DNA from: an uncultured Solirubrobacterales bacterium
Lineage (GTDB): Bacteria > Actinomycetota > Thermoleophilia > Solirubrobacterales > Solirubrobacteraceae
Assembly: GCA_963825025.1 (NCBI GenBank)
Contig: CAWGRJ010000002.1
Coordinates: forward strand, 1,218,497-1,282,496
Direction of reading: 5' to 3'
DNA: 64,000 nt
The position numbers were made by a program, and so were the translations under genes. The notes beneath the pieces are model-generated. The model searched no databases and was not told where the DNA came from. It worked only from the letters and a program-made list of their open reading frames with translations. This document shows positions 1-10,195 of the stretch, one piece after another (the first letter of the stretch is position 1; every line of letters starts with the position of its first letter).

Positions 1-169
1 CCTCGCTCGCGAGCAGTTCTGCAAGCATCTCTGGCAACCAGTCAGAGAGCTGCGCCCAGGCAGCCGCTGAATTGATCGGCGTCCCGTCTGTGGGAGGCAA
101 GGACGACTCCGGCACGGGGCCGATCCTAGCCTCCTCGCTCGCACTGAGGATCGCTTCGCGCAAGCTCCA

Positions 170-2116
170 GTGCCCTCGGGTCGCCAGCGATCTACGCTAA
201 CGCTCACCGTGACCATGCTTGCACCGGACGTTGAGATCGCAGTCGAGCTTGTCCGCCGGGCCGGGGTCGATAGCTGGGGGTGGCTGACGGAGGATCTGAT
301 GTGTCCTGCACCGCGTATCCATCAGAGCAATGCGGAGCGCGCAGATGACCTTGTCGCCTGGCTGGCGCCCTACGCCGACGCGCAGCCGAGCATGGTGCAG
401 GCGGCGGTCGCCAACTTCGCCCGCGTTCTTGCTGACCTCCTTCTCGTGCTTCATTACGACCTGGACGTCGATAGCCCGTACCTTCGCGTGCCTAAGTGGT
501 ACAGGCAGGAACCGCGGTCGGTGCGCGCGCACGAAGAGTGGGACATTCACGTCACGCTGCTTGGCAACCTGACTATCGAGTTCACGCGCGCCATCAATCT
601 CGTGATCGCTCGCGCTCAGCAGGCGGACCCAGGCGTCCTACAGCGACGGGCGTTGGCGGTTTGCGACTGCGGGCCGGCTCACGCGCCGCTGCGGGCCGTC
701 ACCTACACGACGGAGCAATCAGAACAAGCTCAGCCCTACCCCGGCCTCGCCGGATTCCCCTCGGTAGTGGCCGATCGGACCGTCGGTGGCCTCGGCGTTC
801 GCGAAGGCGACGTTCCGCGAACCGCTGACGAATTCGAGCGATGGATCGCCAACCTCATCGAACGTCGAGGCGCGTGCAGCGAGCCACCGCCAGCGTCGGC
901 GGGGTTGCCGCTCGTTCTACCGAAGCCGCCGCGCTCAGCGGACACCGAGGGCGTTCCACCCGTCTTGACGATCGTCAGCGCGATCGTGGCGTTCTGCGCG
1001 GCCGTGGGAGGTGTCCTCGCCTATCCCTGGCTGGCGGGCGCCGCGATCGTCCTCGTCGCGGTCGCGGTCGCCTTTAGGAGGCGCCTCTGGCGGTGGCCCG
1101 CTTCGCCGCTCGCCGTGCTTTGTTTTGTGGTCGCCGGGTGTGTCGGCGGCGGGATCGGCGAGCTTGCCGCCGCCGCCTTTGACGGCACCGAAAAGACCCC
1201 TCTCCACGGTCCACCGCTACGTCCCTCTTCTTCCGCGAACTACCGGCCCATTGGACAGATAGAACAGGGCGCCTTCTTCCGTGGGGGCGATGGTCCGGTC
1301 GCCGCGTTCTCCGACCCTGTGTCGGTGCTTGTTGGACGAGAGGTGAGATTGGGAGTCCGACTGATAAACGGCGGGCCCGACGAAATCCCCCAAGCGATTG
1401 TGAAGGTGACGGTCCCGAACGTCGCTGCCTCCTCGGAGGCCGTCACCGCCACTGTTCGATCAGAAGCGATGCGTCCGAGCGAAGTGGCTGACACCCTGAC
1501 GGTGAACATCGATGCGAACCGAAGCGCGTGTCTCCGCTACATCCCAGGCTCGACCCAATTTCTGGATTCGCGTCACGGCATCGTCCGATCGTTGCCCGAT
1601 GGAGTGTTCGGCAGCGGCGTTGCAGTGGGGCCACTGGGGTTGGTTCTGTCGAACGGTACGCGGTACGTGGTGTTCTCGGTGCGGGCGGTCGGCCTCGCCA
1701 GCGGATCGCGCTGCTCCTATGCGACCTCCCAGGTGACCCCTTCTACAACAGCCCCCAAGGCCGTCCCGAGTCCCCGGCCGGGCGATGGACATGATCTCAA
1801 GGAATCCGGCTGCCCTCCATCCGCAGAAAACGTACCGTGCACGACAGTCACACTGGAAAGGGAAAGCCTTACGCTCGCAACGGTTGGGCTGCGCTACTCC
1901 CCTGTGCGTGATACGACGTGGGGCATGGTCAAAGGTCTAGGCTCCGAACAGAAACTGCGGCTCGTCACTGAAGGCGGGACAGTGAGCTACGCGCGCTTGA
2001 GTCTTTCCAACACCAACGGTGACAAGTTTTTTCAGACGCATGGCTGCGTGCGCTCTATCCAAGTGACTGAGCACGACCGCAAGACGCTCGATCGCAAACG
2101 AGTCCGCTGCCCATAG
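170..2116 (+). CDS. hypothetical membrane protein (cytoplasmic N-domain, central TM block, large C-terminal extracytoplasmic region)
   Basis: 648-codon ORF (GTG 170; alternative ATG 215). Hydrophobic segments VLTIVSAIVAFCAAVGGVLAYPWLAGAAIVLVAVAVAF and LAVLCFVVAGCVGGGIGELAAAAF. No catalytic motif recognised. Confidence 0.55.
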   Translation: MPSGRQRSTLTLTVTMLAPDVEIAVELVRRAGVDSWGWLTEDLMCPAPRIHQSNAERADDLVAWLAPYADAQPSMVQAAVANFARVLADLLLVLHYDLDVDSPYLRVPKWYRQEPRSVRAHEEWDIHVTLLGNLTIEFTRAINLVIARAQQADPGVLQRRALAVCDCGPAHAPLRAVTYTTEQSEQAQPYPGLAGFPSVVADRTVGGLGVREGDVPRTADEFERWIANLIERRGACSEPPPASAGLPLVLPKPPRSADTEGVPPVLTIVSAIVAFCAAVGGVLAYPWLAGAAIVLVAVAVAFRRRLWRWPASPLAVLCFVVAGCVGGGIGELAAAAFDGTEKTPLHGPPLRPSSSANYRPIGQIEQGAFFRGGDGPVAAFSDPVSVLVGREVRLGVRLINGGPDEIPQAIVKVTVPNVAASSEAVTATVRSEAMRPSEVADTLTVNIDANRSACLRYIPGSTQFLDSRHGIVRSLPDGVFGSGVAVGPLGLVLSNGTRYVVFSVRAVGLASGSRCSYATSQVTPSTTAPKAVPSPRPGDGHDLKESGCPPSAENVPCTTVTLERESLTLATVGLRYSPVRDTTWGMVKGLGSEQKLRLVTEGGTVSYARLSLSNTNGDKFFQTHGCVRSIQVTEHDRKTLDRKRVRCP

Positions 2117-2355
2117 CTCAGCCATGTCGCGGGGTGTCCGCTGCTTGGCTCAGGAGGGACTGCTTGCGCCGCATCGGACACAACCGGCTACCGCCTGTGA
2201 AAGGGGCCTGCACCTCGGTCTAGCCCGGCCGGGCAGGAGGTCGGGGGGATCCGACGCCGAGCTGGCCGCCGTCAATCCAGGGTGACCACCTTCGTGCCGG
2301 GCGTGCCATCGGCTCGCTGAGGCTGGCCACAACTCGCGGGGGCGTGTGCGGCTGC

Positions 2356-2712
2356 TCAGAGACGAACGCCTCGCACGCGCCCGCGTATGCTACGGCCGAA
2401 CGTGTCCGGTGCGACGGTGAGAGATGCGAACAGGTCGAGCGCGCCCTGCGCGTAGGGTTTGCGCCGCTGGCCGCTCGGGGCTGCGGCGGCCGCTGGCAGC
2501 GGAACGCCGGCCAGGCGCGTGCTGGCCTGGATGTGGCGCCGCATCGCGTGCTCGTCGTCCAGGCGCACGCACTTGTGAAACAGACGGTGCGCCAGCGTGG
2601 AGCGCGGCGCGATCCCGGCCTCGTCGAGAACGAGCGCGGCGCTCAGGACGTTCTGCGCGAGGCGGGCACGGTCCTCGGCCTCGCGCAGCCTGGTTTCGAC
2701 CGTGGTCTGCAT
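2356..2712 (-). CDS. hypothetical protein (118 aa)
   Basis: Minus-strand ORF. Start trimmed to ATG 2712 (MQTTVETRLREAEDRARL...). The competing plus-strand ORFs are Arg/Gly-rich and look like shadows. No family recognised. Confidence 0.35.
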   Translation of the reverse strand: MQTTVETRLREAEDRARLAQNVLSAALVLDEAGIAPRSTLAHRLFHKCVRLDDEHAMRRHIQASTRLAGVPLPAAAAAPSGQRRKPYAQGALDLFASLTVAPDTFGRSIRGRVRGVRL

Positions 2713-2887
2713 GTTCTCGCAGGGTAGGCGCCGCGCGGATGACGCGCCAGGCGCGAGTGGTCGCGACGTATGATCCGTCCTTGCCGACCTGGACGGACGC
2801 GACATCGTCACCGATCACGCCGGTGAAAACCCGACCTGGCCGACTGGGCCCGCTTGGTCTGGACGCCGGTCGCGAGGACTGAGAGGG

Positions 2888-3544
2888 ATGCCCGACCCTT
2901 CCTTCCCTGTCGTGGTGTTCGATCTAGACGGGACGCTGCTGCGGGGCACAACCGTCTCGATGTTGCTGGCGCAGTGGCTCGGCCAGGCAGATGCGATCGC
3001 GGAGCTGGAGCGAGCGTTCAGTGCGCACGAGATCTCGAATCGTGTGGTGGCCGACAGCACGGCGGGTTGGCTTGCGGGTCAGAGCACCGCCGAGGCTTGG
3101 CGAGTGCTGGCGGAGGGCCGCTGGATTGACGGCATGGCGGAGACGTTCCAGGCGCTCCGCGCCGCTGGGTCGAGCCTCCTACTAGGCACGATCACATGGA
3201 GCTTCGCGGCTGAGATGTTGCGGGAGCGACATGGCTTCGCCGCAGTCAGCGGGACGCAGATCCAGGTGAGCAACGGAGTCGTGTCCGGCACAGTCAGCAG
3301 ATACTTCGATGAGCACGACAAGGTGCGCTTCGTCGAGGACTGGTGCCAACAGAACGGTTTCTCTATGAGCCAGGTAGCCGCGATCGGCGACTCCCGCTCG
3401 GACGTGCCGCTCTTTAGACGCACGGGCATGTCGATCGCACTGAACGCCACAGCCGACGCTCGGGCGGCCGCAGACCATGTGCTCGATACGGAGGATCTTC
3501 GGGACGTGCTGCCGCTCTTGCAGCCGGTCGGGCGAGATGCGTGA
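2888..3544 (+). CDS. HAD-superfamily hydrolase, subfamily IB (phosphoserine-phosphatase-like)
   Basis: Motif I VVVFDLDGTLL (DxDxT). Late motif AAIGDSRSDVPLF. GAGAGGG Shine-Dalgarno just upstream of ATG 2888. Confidence 0.8.
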   Translation: MPDPSFPVVVFDLDGTLLRGTTVSMLLAQWLGQADAIAELERAFSAHEISNRVVADSTAGWLAGQSTAEAWRVLAEGRWIDGMAETFQALRAAGSSLLLGTITWSFAAEMLRERHGFAAVSGTQIQVSNGVVSGTVSRYFDEHDKVRFVEDWCQQNGFSMSQVAAIGDSRSDVPLFRRTGMSIALNATADARAAADHVLDTEDLRDVLPLLQPVGRDA

Positions 3545-3676
3545 TGGTGCGGCGGTCAGCTGCAGCTCGTTCGCGCTGTGTGTAGATGACCCGCGAGGTT
3601 CACGTAGGTCTCGATGCCCCACCCGGCTGTGCGTCGCCTCGCCGCGTGAGCCTAAGATCGCCCTTGAGCAAGCGAT

Positions 3677-3934
3677 GTGCAGATCTGTCTCCGAGCGTGC
3701 ATGGATGAGATCCCTGGCAATCCCTTCCGCGGCGAGGACGCCCCCGAGCGTGCCTACCGGCACCTGCAGCGCTATCACGGCGTGGACCCGGGCGAAGCCT
3801 CGGACCGTTTGCATGCGATCAAGCAGCGTCATGGACTCGGCGCAGCCGAGAGAGTCGTGATCGAGAAAACCGGTGGAGTGCTCCCGGAGTCCAGCGGTGA
3901 GCTGCTGGGCTCCCTAACAATGAGAAGCACATGA
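3677..3934 (+). CDS. small protein translationally coupled to the downstream giant gene
   Basis: 85-codon ORF (alternative ATG 3701). Its TGA (3932-3934) overlaps ATG 3931 of the next gene (ATGA). The sequence ...RAYRHLQRYHGVDPGEASDRLHAIKQRHGLGAAERVVIEKTGGV... looks protein-like. Family not recognised. Confidence 0.5.
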   Translation: MQICLRACMDEIPGNPFRGEDAPERAYRHLQRYHGVDPGEASDRLHAIKQRHGLGAAERVVIEKTGGVLPESSGELLGSLTMRST

Positions 3935-6900
3935 GCGCCTGGTCCAGAGACATAGAGGCCCTTCTGGAGGCGGCGAAGCGGGTGGGAAGCGATCCCCCCG
4001 CGGAGGATGAGGCGCGGGGGGCCCTCGAGCAGCTGCTGGCACGCGACGAAGAGACGGTCCGGATGCTCGCGGGCGAGCTGAGCGGCAGTCGCGACCGCGA
4101 CGATCGGGCGCTCGCTGCGCGGCTGCTTGGCGCCCACCTGAGCGCGGCACGCCTGCAAGCGCTGTTGAGGCTCTTGGAGCATGAGCGTGATCAGGCTGTC
4201 CTCGCCACGATCGCCGAGGCACTTCAGCGCTATGAAGGCGAGCTGCCTATCGAGCAGCTCGAGATGCTCGCTAATCACGAGGACGACGAGCTCAGGCGAA
4301 TCGCCGCGGCACGGCTCTATGGGCGGGACGATCAGCGCACGCTCTCGCTGCTGCTTGGCCTAGTGGAGGACCCCGACCCCGATGTGGCGGGCTGGGCGGC
4401 CTGGGCGCTCGCCGACGGCTTCAAGCCCTCCGCCGATCGCGACCTCGCCCTGGAGCGCTGGCTTCGGCTGACCCCCGCCGGCTCGCAGCTGGCTACACAG
4501 GTCAAGAGGTCCCTGCAGGAGCAGGCGAGCGTCACGAGGCACCCGCGGGGGCGCTCGAGAACCCGCAGGCGCGACCGCCAAAGCCGCAAGGCGCCGGAGC
4601 GCCTGCTGGTACTCGTCACTTCCGCGAACCCGATTGACACCGGTCGCCTGGCGCTCGACGAGGAGGTCCGGGACATCACAAGCGGCGTGCGCGCCACGCC
4701 CGCACGCGATGTCGTTGACCTGCGCACGGCGTGGGCGGCGCGCCCGCTGGATCTCCTGACGGAGCTAAACGAGCACCACCCCGCAGTGCTGCATTTCAGC
4801 GGGCACGGCACGGCTGATGGCCGGCTGGTGTTCCTGGACGCGGCGGGCGAGGCCAAGCCAGTGGACGGCGAGGCGTTCGCGGCGAGTCTCGCCACCGCCG
4901 GGGGGAGCGTGCGTGTGGTCGTTCTGAACGCGTGCTTCTCGGCGGATCTGGCCAGATCACTTACGCAGTTCGTGGATGTTGCGGTTGGGATGGAGCGCCC
5001 TGTCGGCGACGTGGCCGCGCGGGTGTTCGCGCGAGCTTTCTACTCGGCGCTCGGCTTCGGGGTGTCGGTCGGCGGCGCGTTCGAGCAAGGGCGTGCGGCG
5101 CTCGCCCTCGAAGGCATGCCTGAGAAGGACATTGCACAGCTTTCCGCGCGCGTGGGGGTAGACCCACATGAGCTGGTGCTCGTGGACCCAGAGGCGGCAC
5201 GGCGCTACGTCCCGGCCAGCGATCAGGAGGTGCTGCGGCAGCGAACGCAAACCCATCTGGCCCACCTGGCCCGGCATGCGAGCTTGCCACTCGGGGACGG
5301 TCTCTGCATTCAGCGTGACGTCGGGGAGCCGCTCTCCCGCCGCGCACGGGAGGGTTCGATGCTGGTGGTCGGCGCGCCGGGATCGGGAAAGACGGGCGCT
5401 CTGCACTCCCTGGCGCTGGAGCTGATCGACGCTGGTCGGGACGTGGTCGTGCTGGCGGCGGACCTCCTGGGGGCGTCGGGGCAGAGCGGACTGCGCGAGG
5501 AGCTGGACCTTCAGCGAAACGTCTTTGACGCGCTTGCGGCGTGGCCTGGGGAGCAGCCCGGGTTCCTGCTGATCGACGCACTGGACGCCGCCCGTGGGCG
5601 CGAAGCCGCGACGGCGCTTCTTTCGCTGGTGGCGCAGGTAGCCGCGGATAGCCGCCGCTGGCATGTGATCGCCTCTGTCCGTTCTTTTGACCTGCGCCAC
5701 AGTCCTGAGCTACAGGACGCCTTCCCGGCCGACCCAGCCGACGCGGCGGATGGTTTCACCGACCCGGAGTTCACCTCGGTGCGCCATCTCGCTGTCGGCG
5801 CGCTCTCCGAGCGCGAGCTTGGGGTCGTGACACGCTCCTCACCGCCGCTCGCGGAGCTCCTGCAGGACGCGCCGCCGGCACTCGGTGTGCTGGCACGTTC
5901 CCCCTTGAACCTGCAGCTCTTGTGCAGCCTACTGGCGCGGGAGGGTGCAGGCCAAGAGCGGCTCTCGGCGCTGGGCACGCAGCTACAGCTGCTGGATCTC
6001 TACTGGGATCGCCAGGTGCTCTCCCCGGTACAAGGGCGCGATACACGACACGCGGTGTTGGTCAGGCTCTGCGAACTGGCCGTAAAGCGGATGCGCCTAC
6101 AGGTCCCGCGCACGGGAATGATTGAAGGACAGGGCGACGCGGAGGCGCTTGAGGAGCTCCTAGGGTGCGGCGTCCTGGTCGAGACTAGGCAGGCAACGGG
6201 CGGGAGCTCCGACGAGGTCGCGTTCGCCCACCACTTGCTGTTCGACTACGCGGTTCACCGACTGCTGCTAGACGGTGAGGACGACGAGGTCACCGCGCGT
6301 CTGCGGGACACCGAGGAGCTCGTGCTGCTGACCGGCCCGAGCCTCGTGCTCACGCTGCAAGCGAGGATCGCGGCGGACCCGAGCTGGAGCGCGTTCTGGA
6401 CGCTAGCGCTCAGACTCGCCGACCCGCAAGTACCTGCGCTTGCACGCCTAATCGCGCCCTCCGTGGCGGTCGAACATCTCCGCCAGCCGCAGGCATTCGA
6501 GCCTCTGCTTATCTCACTGGAGCGTGGCGAGCCGGGCGCGGCGTTCCTGTTGAGGCACATCGTGAGCGCCGAGACAGCGCGTGGGCGCCCGGCGCACCCC
6601 CTCGCCGACGCGGACCTTTCGCTGTGGAGCGCGCTGGCTGAGATGCTCGCACGGGAGGTGAGCAGCGAGAACGCTTACCCACTGCGGCTGCTGGTCTGGG
6701 GGCTCAGCATGGAGCTAGAAGATCTCAACCCCGTGCAGCTACAGCGCCTCGGGCGCGCCGCCCGCGCGCTGCTCGCCTGGGCCTGGGATCAGGCGACCGC
6801 TTCGTGGCCGGACGTACAGACTGGCATTGAGGCGGTCGCTCGCAGCTGCGCAAGCAACCCGCAGGCCAGCCGGGAGATACTCCTCCGAGCGCTGTCACCC

Positions 6901-9312
6901 GAGCGAGTCAGCGACCACGGCTACCTCGAGCTGTGGGCACTCGCGCAGGAGATCCGTTCACTGCTCAGCTGCGCGCCGGATCTCGTCAGCGAGCTCTACC
7001 GCACGGTGTTCGGGCGCGACGAGCCCTCGAAGGCACCGACTCCGCTTGGCACGGGGCAGATTCTGCGTCTTGCCAGTAACCGCCAGCAGGACTGGAATAT
7101 GATCCGCTACGTCCTGGCCGAGCAGTACCCGCTCGTGCTGGAGCGCGAGCCGGGCGTGGCCGTTCGCGCCGCCGGCGCGGCGTGCCTGCATGAGGGTGAG
7201 CGTTACGCGTGGAGCGTGCCCCGTGTCATGGAGACGTTCATGTTCCGAGAGCGCAAGACCGGGATGATTGATGACGGCAGTGAGTTCTGGGATTCGGGCG
7301 AGGGACTCGCTGACGATGCCGGCAGGCTGCTTGATGCCTTCCAGCAGACCCTTGTTGCGGCAGCGGGCGCCAGCGACACTGAGCGTGTCGATGCGTTTCT
7401 TGACGCGGTCGCGGGCGACCGTCATCCGGCCGGCATATTCCGGCGGCTGCTGCGCGCCGGAGCCGAGACCCCCGCGTTCTTCGCCGAGCCGCTCTTCGAA
7501 CTGGTCCGGGATCACGAAATCCTCACGGACATAAGCACCAGCGAGCCGGCCGGGGCGTTCCTAGCCGCAGCGTCCGGCTACTGGGATGAGCGTCAGCGCG
7601 CCGCCGTGGAGGAGGCGATCCTGCGTGTCCCGGACCGCTTCCCGGCCGACCGGAAGGAGGCGGGCCTGCATGCGCGCGACCGGCTGCTCGGATGCCTAGA
7701 CCATGAGCGGATCGTGACCGAGCAGGCGCGCGAGGTCCTTGAAGAGCTCAAGCTGGGAGAGGGGCCTCCGGCGAACATCGAGCCGCACCGCGTCAGCGTG
7801 GGCGCAGTCGCAGTTGACCCACTCGAAGAGATGCGCCGTCGCGGGATCGACCCAGACGCTTCGGGGAACGCGCGCCTGCTGTCCATGATCGCGCCAGTGA
7901 GCGAGTTCGTCGGGACCCACGCGAACTCGCCGCCCTCGCCGGAGCAGGCCGATGCCGCGGTCAAGGCGATCCGGGCGTTGCGGGCAGGACGCATCGACCT
8001 GCAGGGCGAGTGCGACCCCGTGCTACTGGCGGAAGCGGAGGCGTGGCTCTCTGACGCCGCCGCCACGCTGGCCGCCCAGACACCGTTGTCCGGGTCGCGT
8101 GCGAGCGTGCGGCTCGCGCGGGAGCTCGCCATTGACGGCAGGGATGGGGTCCTCCCCAGCGTCGACGCCGACACAGACCCGGAGGGCTTTGAGAGCTTCC
8201 CGCACTGGTCGGTCCCCTCCGGACGTGTGGGGGCCGCGCGGGCGCTCCTGTTGCTCACCAGGGAGCCGGCGCTAACCGACGCCGAGGTCCTGTCCGCGAT
8301 CGGCAACCTCGCGCTGGACCCGGCACCGGCTGTCCGGTTGAACGTCGCGAGGCTGCTCGGGCTCGCAAGAGCGAGCGATCCGGAGTGGGCGTGGGCGCTG
8401 ACGCGGCAGATCGCCGAGCACGAGAGCAGCGGCCAGGTACTACAGACGCTGCTCAGTGCGCTGGTGGGTCTTGCCCGCGAACAGCCGGCCAGAGCGTTTG
8501 ACCTCACGGAGGAGATCTACGAGCGTGAGCTCGCGGGCCCACGGCGCGAGTCGCTACTCAGCGGCGCCGCCGGCTTGCTGATCGACGGCTGGATCTGGGA
8601 GGGACACCCAGCTGGCCGCCGGGTCATCGACGGTTGGCTGACGGACCCTGGAGCGAACGCCGCCAGCGCACGCAGCGTTTTCTTCCGGTTGCGGAAGCCC
8701 GTTACGGCGGGCGATGACACGCTCGCGCAGATCGCGGTCCGCCAACGCGCGATCGGCGTGTGGGCGGACCTCACCAGGGCAGCTTGGGACGCCTTTCAGG
8801 CGGTCGGCCCCGTACCCCTCGAGCAGGACGTGCCTGCGCTACGTGGGCTAGCCCAGCTGCTGGACGCCTCGGCAAGTGAGCTGTATTTCGCCTCGGGAGC
8901 GTACGGCGAGCAGCAGCCCGAGCGGGGCGAGCGGCTGCCGCCACGCGTGCGGCGCCGCTTCTATCGCGAGGGCGAGGCGATGATCGAGGTGCTCACCGCG
9001 GCGGGGGTCCCGTCGGTCGCCCACCGGGTGCTGCAGACGCTCTCGACCTACGTGCAGGATGACCCGCGCGGCGTGCTGCTTCGGATCGGACGGCTGCTGC
9101 AGGCAGGAAGGGCGTGGGGCTACCAACTAGAGAGTCTCGCCGAGGCCGAGTTCGTCGCGCTTGTCGAGCGTTATCTGGCCGCGCACAGAGACCTGTTCCT
9201 GCGCGACCGTGAGTGCCGGGAGGTGCTCGTAGGAGCGCTTGAGGGCTTCGTGGAGGCGGGCTGGCCGAGTGCGCGGCGGATGATGTATGGCCTGGACGAC
9301 ATGTTCCGCTAA
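3931..9312 (+). CDS. 1,793-aa multidomain protein: HEAT-like repeats, caspase/CHAT-like domain, P-loop (STAND-type) NTPase, long helical/HEAT-like C-terminal region
   Basis: HEAT-like repeats, e.g. DDELRRIAAARLYGRDDQRTLSLLLGLVEDPDPDVAGWAAWALAD. His-Cys dyad context LHFSGHG (H292, nt 4804-4806) and VRVVVLNACFS (C335, nt 4933-4935). Walker A GAPGSGKTG (nt 5371-5397) and Walker B-like FLLIDALDAAR. More than 1,100 aa of helical repeats follow, including NLALDPAPAVRLNVARLLGLARASDPEWAWAL. Confidence 0.85.
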   Translation: MSAWSRDIEALLEAAKRVGSDPPAEDEARGALEQLLARDEETVRMLAGELSGSRDRDDRALAARLLGAHLSAARLQALLRLLEHERDQAVLATIAEALQRYEGELPIEQLEMLANHEDDELRRIAAARLYGRDDQRTLSLLLGLVEDPDPDVAGWAAWALADGFKPSADRDLALERWLRLTPAGSQLATQVKRSLQEQASVTRHPRGRSRTRRRDRQSRKAPERLLVLVTSANPIDTGRLALDEEVRDITSGVRATPARDVVDLRTAWAARPLDLLTELNEHHPAVLHFSGHGTADGRLVFLDAAGEAKPVDGEAFAASLATAGGSVRVVVLNACFSADLARSLTQFVDVAVGMERPVGDVAARVFARAFYSALGFGVSVGGAFEQGRAALALEGMPEKDIAQLSARVGVDPHELVLVDPEAARRYVPASDQEVLRQRTQTHLAHLARHASLPLGDGLCIQRDVGEPLSRRAREGSMLVVGAPGSGKTGALHSLALELIDAGRDVVVLAADLLGASGQSGLREELDLQRNVFDALAAWPGEQPGFLLIDALDAARGREAATALLSLVAQVAADSRRWHVIASVRSFDLRHSPELQDAFPADPADAADGFTDPEFTSVRHLAVGALSERELGVVTRSSPPLAELLQDAPPALGVLARSPLNLQLLCSLLAREGAGQERLSALGTQLQLLDLYWDRQVLSPVQGRDTRHAVLVRLCELAVKRMRLQVPRTGMIEGQGDAEALEELLGCGVLVETRQATGGSSDEVAFAHHLLFDYAVHRLLLDGEDDEVTARLRDTEELVLLTGPSLVLTLQARIAADPSWSAFWTLALRLADPQVPALARLIAPSVAVEHLRQPQAFEPLLISLERGEPGAAFLLRHIVSAETARGRPAHPLADADLSLWSALAEMLAREVSSENAYPLRLLVWGLSMELEDLNPVQLQRLGRAARALLAWAWDQATASWPDVQTGIEAVARSCASNPQASREILLRALSPERVSDHGYLELWALAQEIRSLLSCAPDLVSELYRTVFGRDEPSKAPTPLGTGQILRLASNRQQDWNMIRYVLAEQYPLVLEREPGVAVRAAGAACLHEGERYAWSVPRVMETFMFRERKTGMIDDGSEFWDSGEGLADDAGRLLDAFQQTLVAAAGASDTERVDAFLDAVAGDRHPAGIFRRLLRAGAETPAFFAEPLFELVRDHEILTDISTSEPAGAFLAAASGYWDERQRAAVEEAILRVPDRFPADRKEAGLHARDRLLGCLDHERIVTEQAREVLEELKLGEGPPANIEPHRVSVGAVAVDPLEEMRRRGIDPDASGNARLLSMIAPVSEFVGTHANSPPSPEQADAAVKAIRALRAGRIDLQGECDPVLLAEAEAWLSDAAATLAAQTPLSGSRASVRLARELAIDGRDGVLPSVDADTDPEGFESFPHWSVPSGRVGAARALLLLTREPALTDAEVLSAIGNLALDPAPAVRLNVARLLGLARASDPEWAWALTRQIAEHESSGQVLQTLLSALVGLAREQPARAFDLTEEIYERELAGPRRESLLSGAAGLLIDGWIWEGHPAGRRVIDGWLTDPGANAASARSVFFRLRKPVTAGDDTLAQIAVRQRAIGVWADLTRAAWDAFQAVGPVPLEQDVPALRGLAQLLDASASELYFASGAYGEQQPERGERLPPRVRRRFYREGEAMIEVLTAAGVPSVAHRVLQTLSTYVQDDPRGVLLRIGRLLQAGRAWGYQLESLAEAEFVALVERYLAAHRDLFLRDRECREVLVGALEGFVEAGWPSARRMMYGLDDMFR

Positions 9313-9369
9313 GAGGCGAGGCGCCGAGCGGCAACCAACGGCGTTATCGCGTGGATGCCGGCTCCACAT

Positions 9370-9388
9370 GTTGGGCCCCGTGCCCAAC
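9370..9388 (+). terminator. short GC hairpin downstream of the giant gene (weak terminator candidate)
   Basis: GTTGGGC-cccgt-GCCCAAC, 7-bp stem, 58 nt after the TAA at 9310-9312. No T-run. Confidence 0.3.
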
Positions 9389-9816
9389 GCGCCCACCCCT
9401 GCGCGCGAAGCGTCACCCCAACGCTACGGATTTTTCCTTCTCTCCAGCTGTGCGCTGGTCGGGATCGCCAGCGACCCACCATTCGCTCCAGTGAGTGAAG
9501 GGCTCGGTCACGATCTCATTGTCTCGCGCAGCAATCTTGGGTGCGGCGTAGCGCACTCGCGGGCCACGCTGAGGTCAAGGGCGTGGAGCCTCGTCTTCTC
9601 GCGTCTGCCGCCTGAGTGCCCGGGGCCGGTGGTTGGCTATCCGGTGGGCGATCACGGGGCCGTGTGGCGCGTCGTCAGGGCGCACAGCACCGAACCCCGG
9701 CGCAAAAGGCCGCGCCGGGGCCAGTGCAAACCGCCGCCCCCAGCGTGGGGGGCACCGCGCAACCGCCTGGCGGGGCACCGTGTTGCCCAGGCTTGGGCCG
9801 CAGCTTGTCTCTGTGG

Positions 9817-10122
9817 TCAGGCGACCCAGCGGGCGTCTGCCAGCTCGTGCTTGTACTTGCCGGTGGCTAGGTAGGCGTGCAGGCGCCGCCCTGCGGCGAG
9901 GGGGCGGATCTTGCCCGCCGCTTGGTTGGGAGTCCGTGCCTCGGTCGCGTAGACCTCGCAGTAGCCTGGGTCTTCTGGAGAGACGGTCGGGTCGGTGGCG
10001 AACACCAGGTATCCGCGGCGGCGAGCTCGCTCCGCGTTGGTCTTGGCGATCCGCTCGTTCTCCTGCTCGAGCTCGCGAGCCCACGCGAACAGGTCGATCT
10101 GGGTGTCGGTGGCTGATGGCAT
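9817..10122 (-). CDS. hypothetical protein (101 aa) downstream of res
   Basis: ORF on the same strand as mod-res, 73 nt after the res stop (MPSATDTQIDLFAWARELEQENERIAKTNAERARRRGYLVFATD...). No family recognised. Confidence 0.45.
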   Translation of the reverse strand: MPSATDTQIDLFAWARELEQENERIAKTNAERARRRGYLVFATDPTVSPEDPGYCEVYATEARTPNQAAGKIRPLAAGRRLHAYLATGKYKHELADARWVA

Positions 10123-10195
10123 GGATCAGGGCCCCTGCATTAGAGCTTAGGGCTATCTTGCCACCGGGTTGGGACGGTACTCTCGCGCGGGCTTA

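Noticed and set aside
9408-9556. 48-codon minus-strand ORF (VRYAAPKIAARDNEIVTEPFTHWSEWWVAGDPDQRTAGEKEKSVALG) downstream of the 101-aa gene.
   Set aside because: It looks protein-like but is short, has a GTG start without a Shine-Dalgarno and has no recognisable family. Not reportable without homology evidence.
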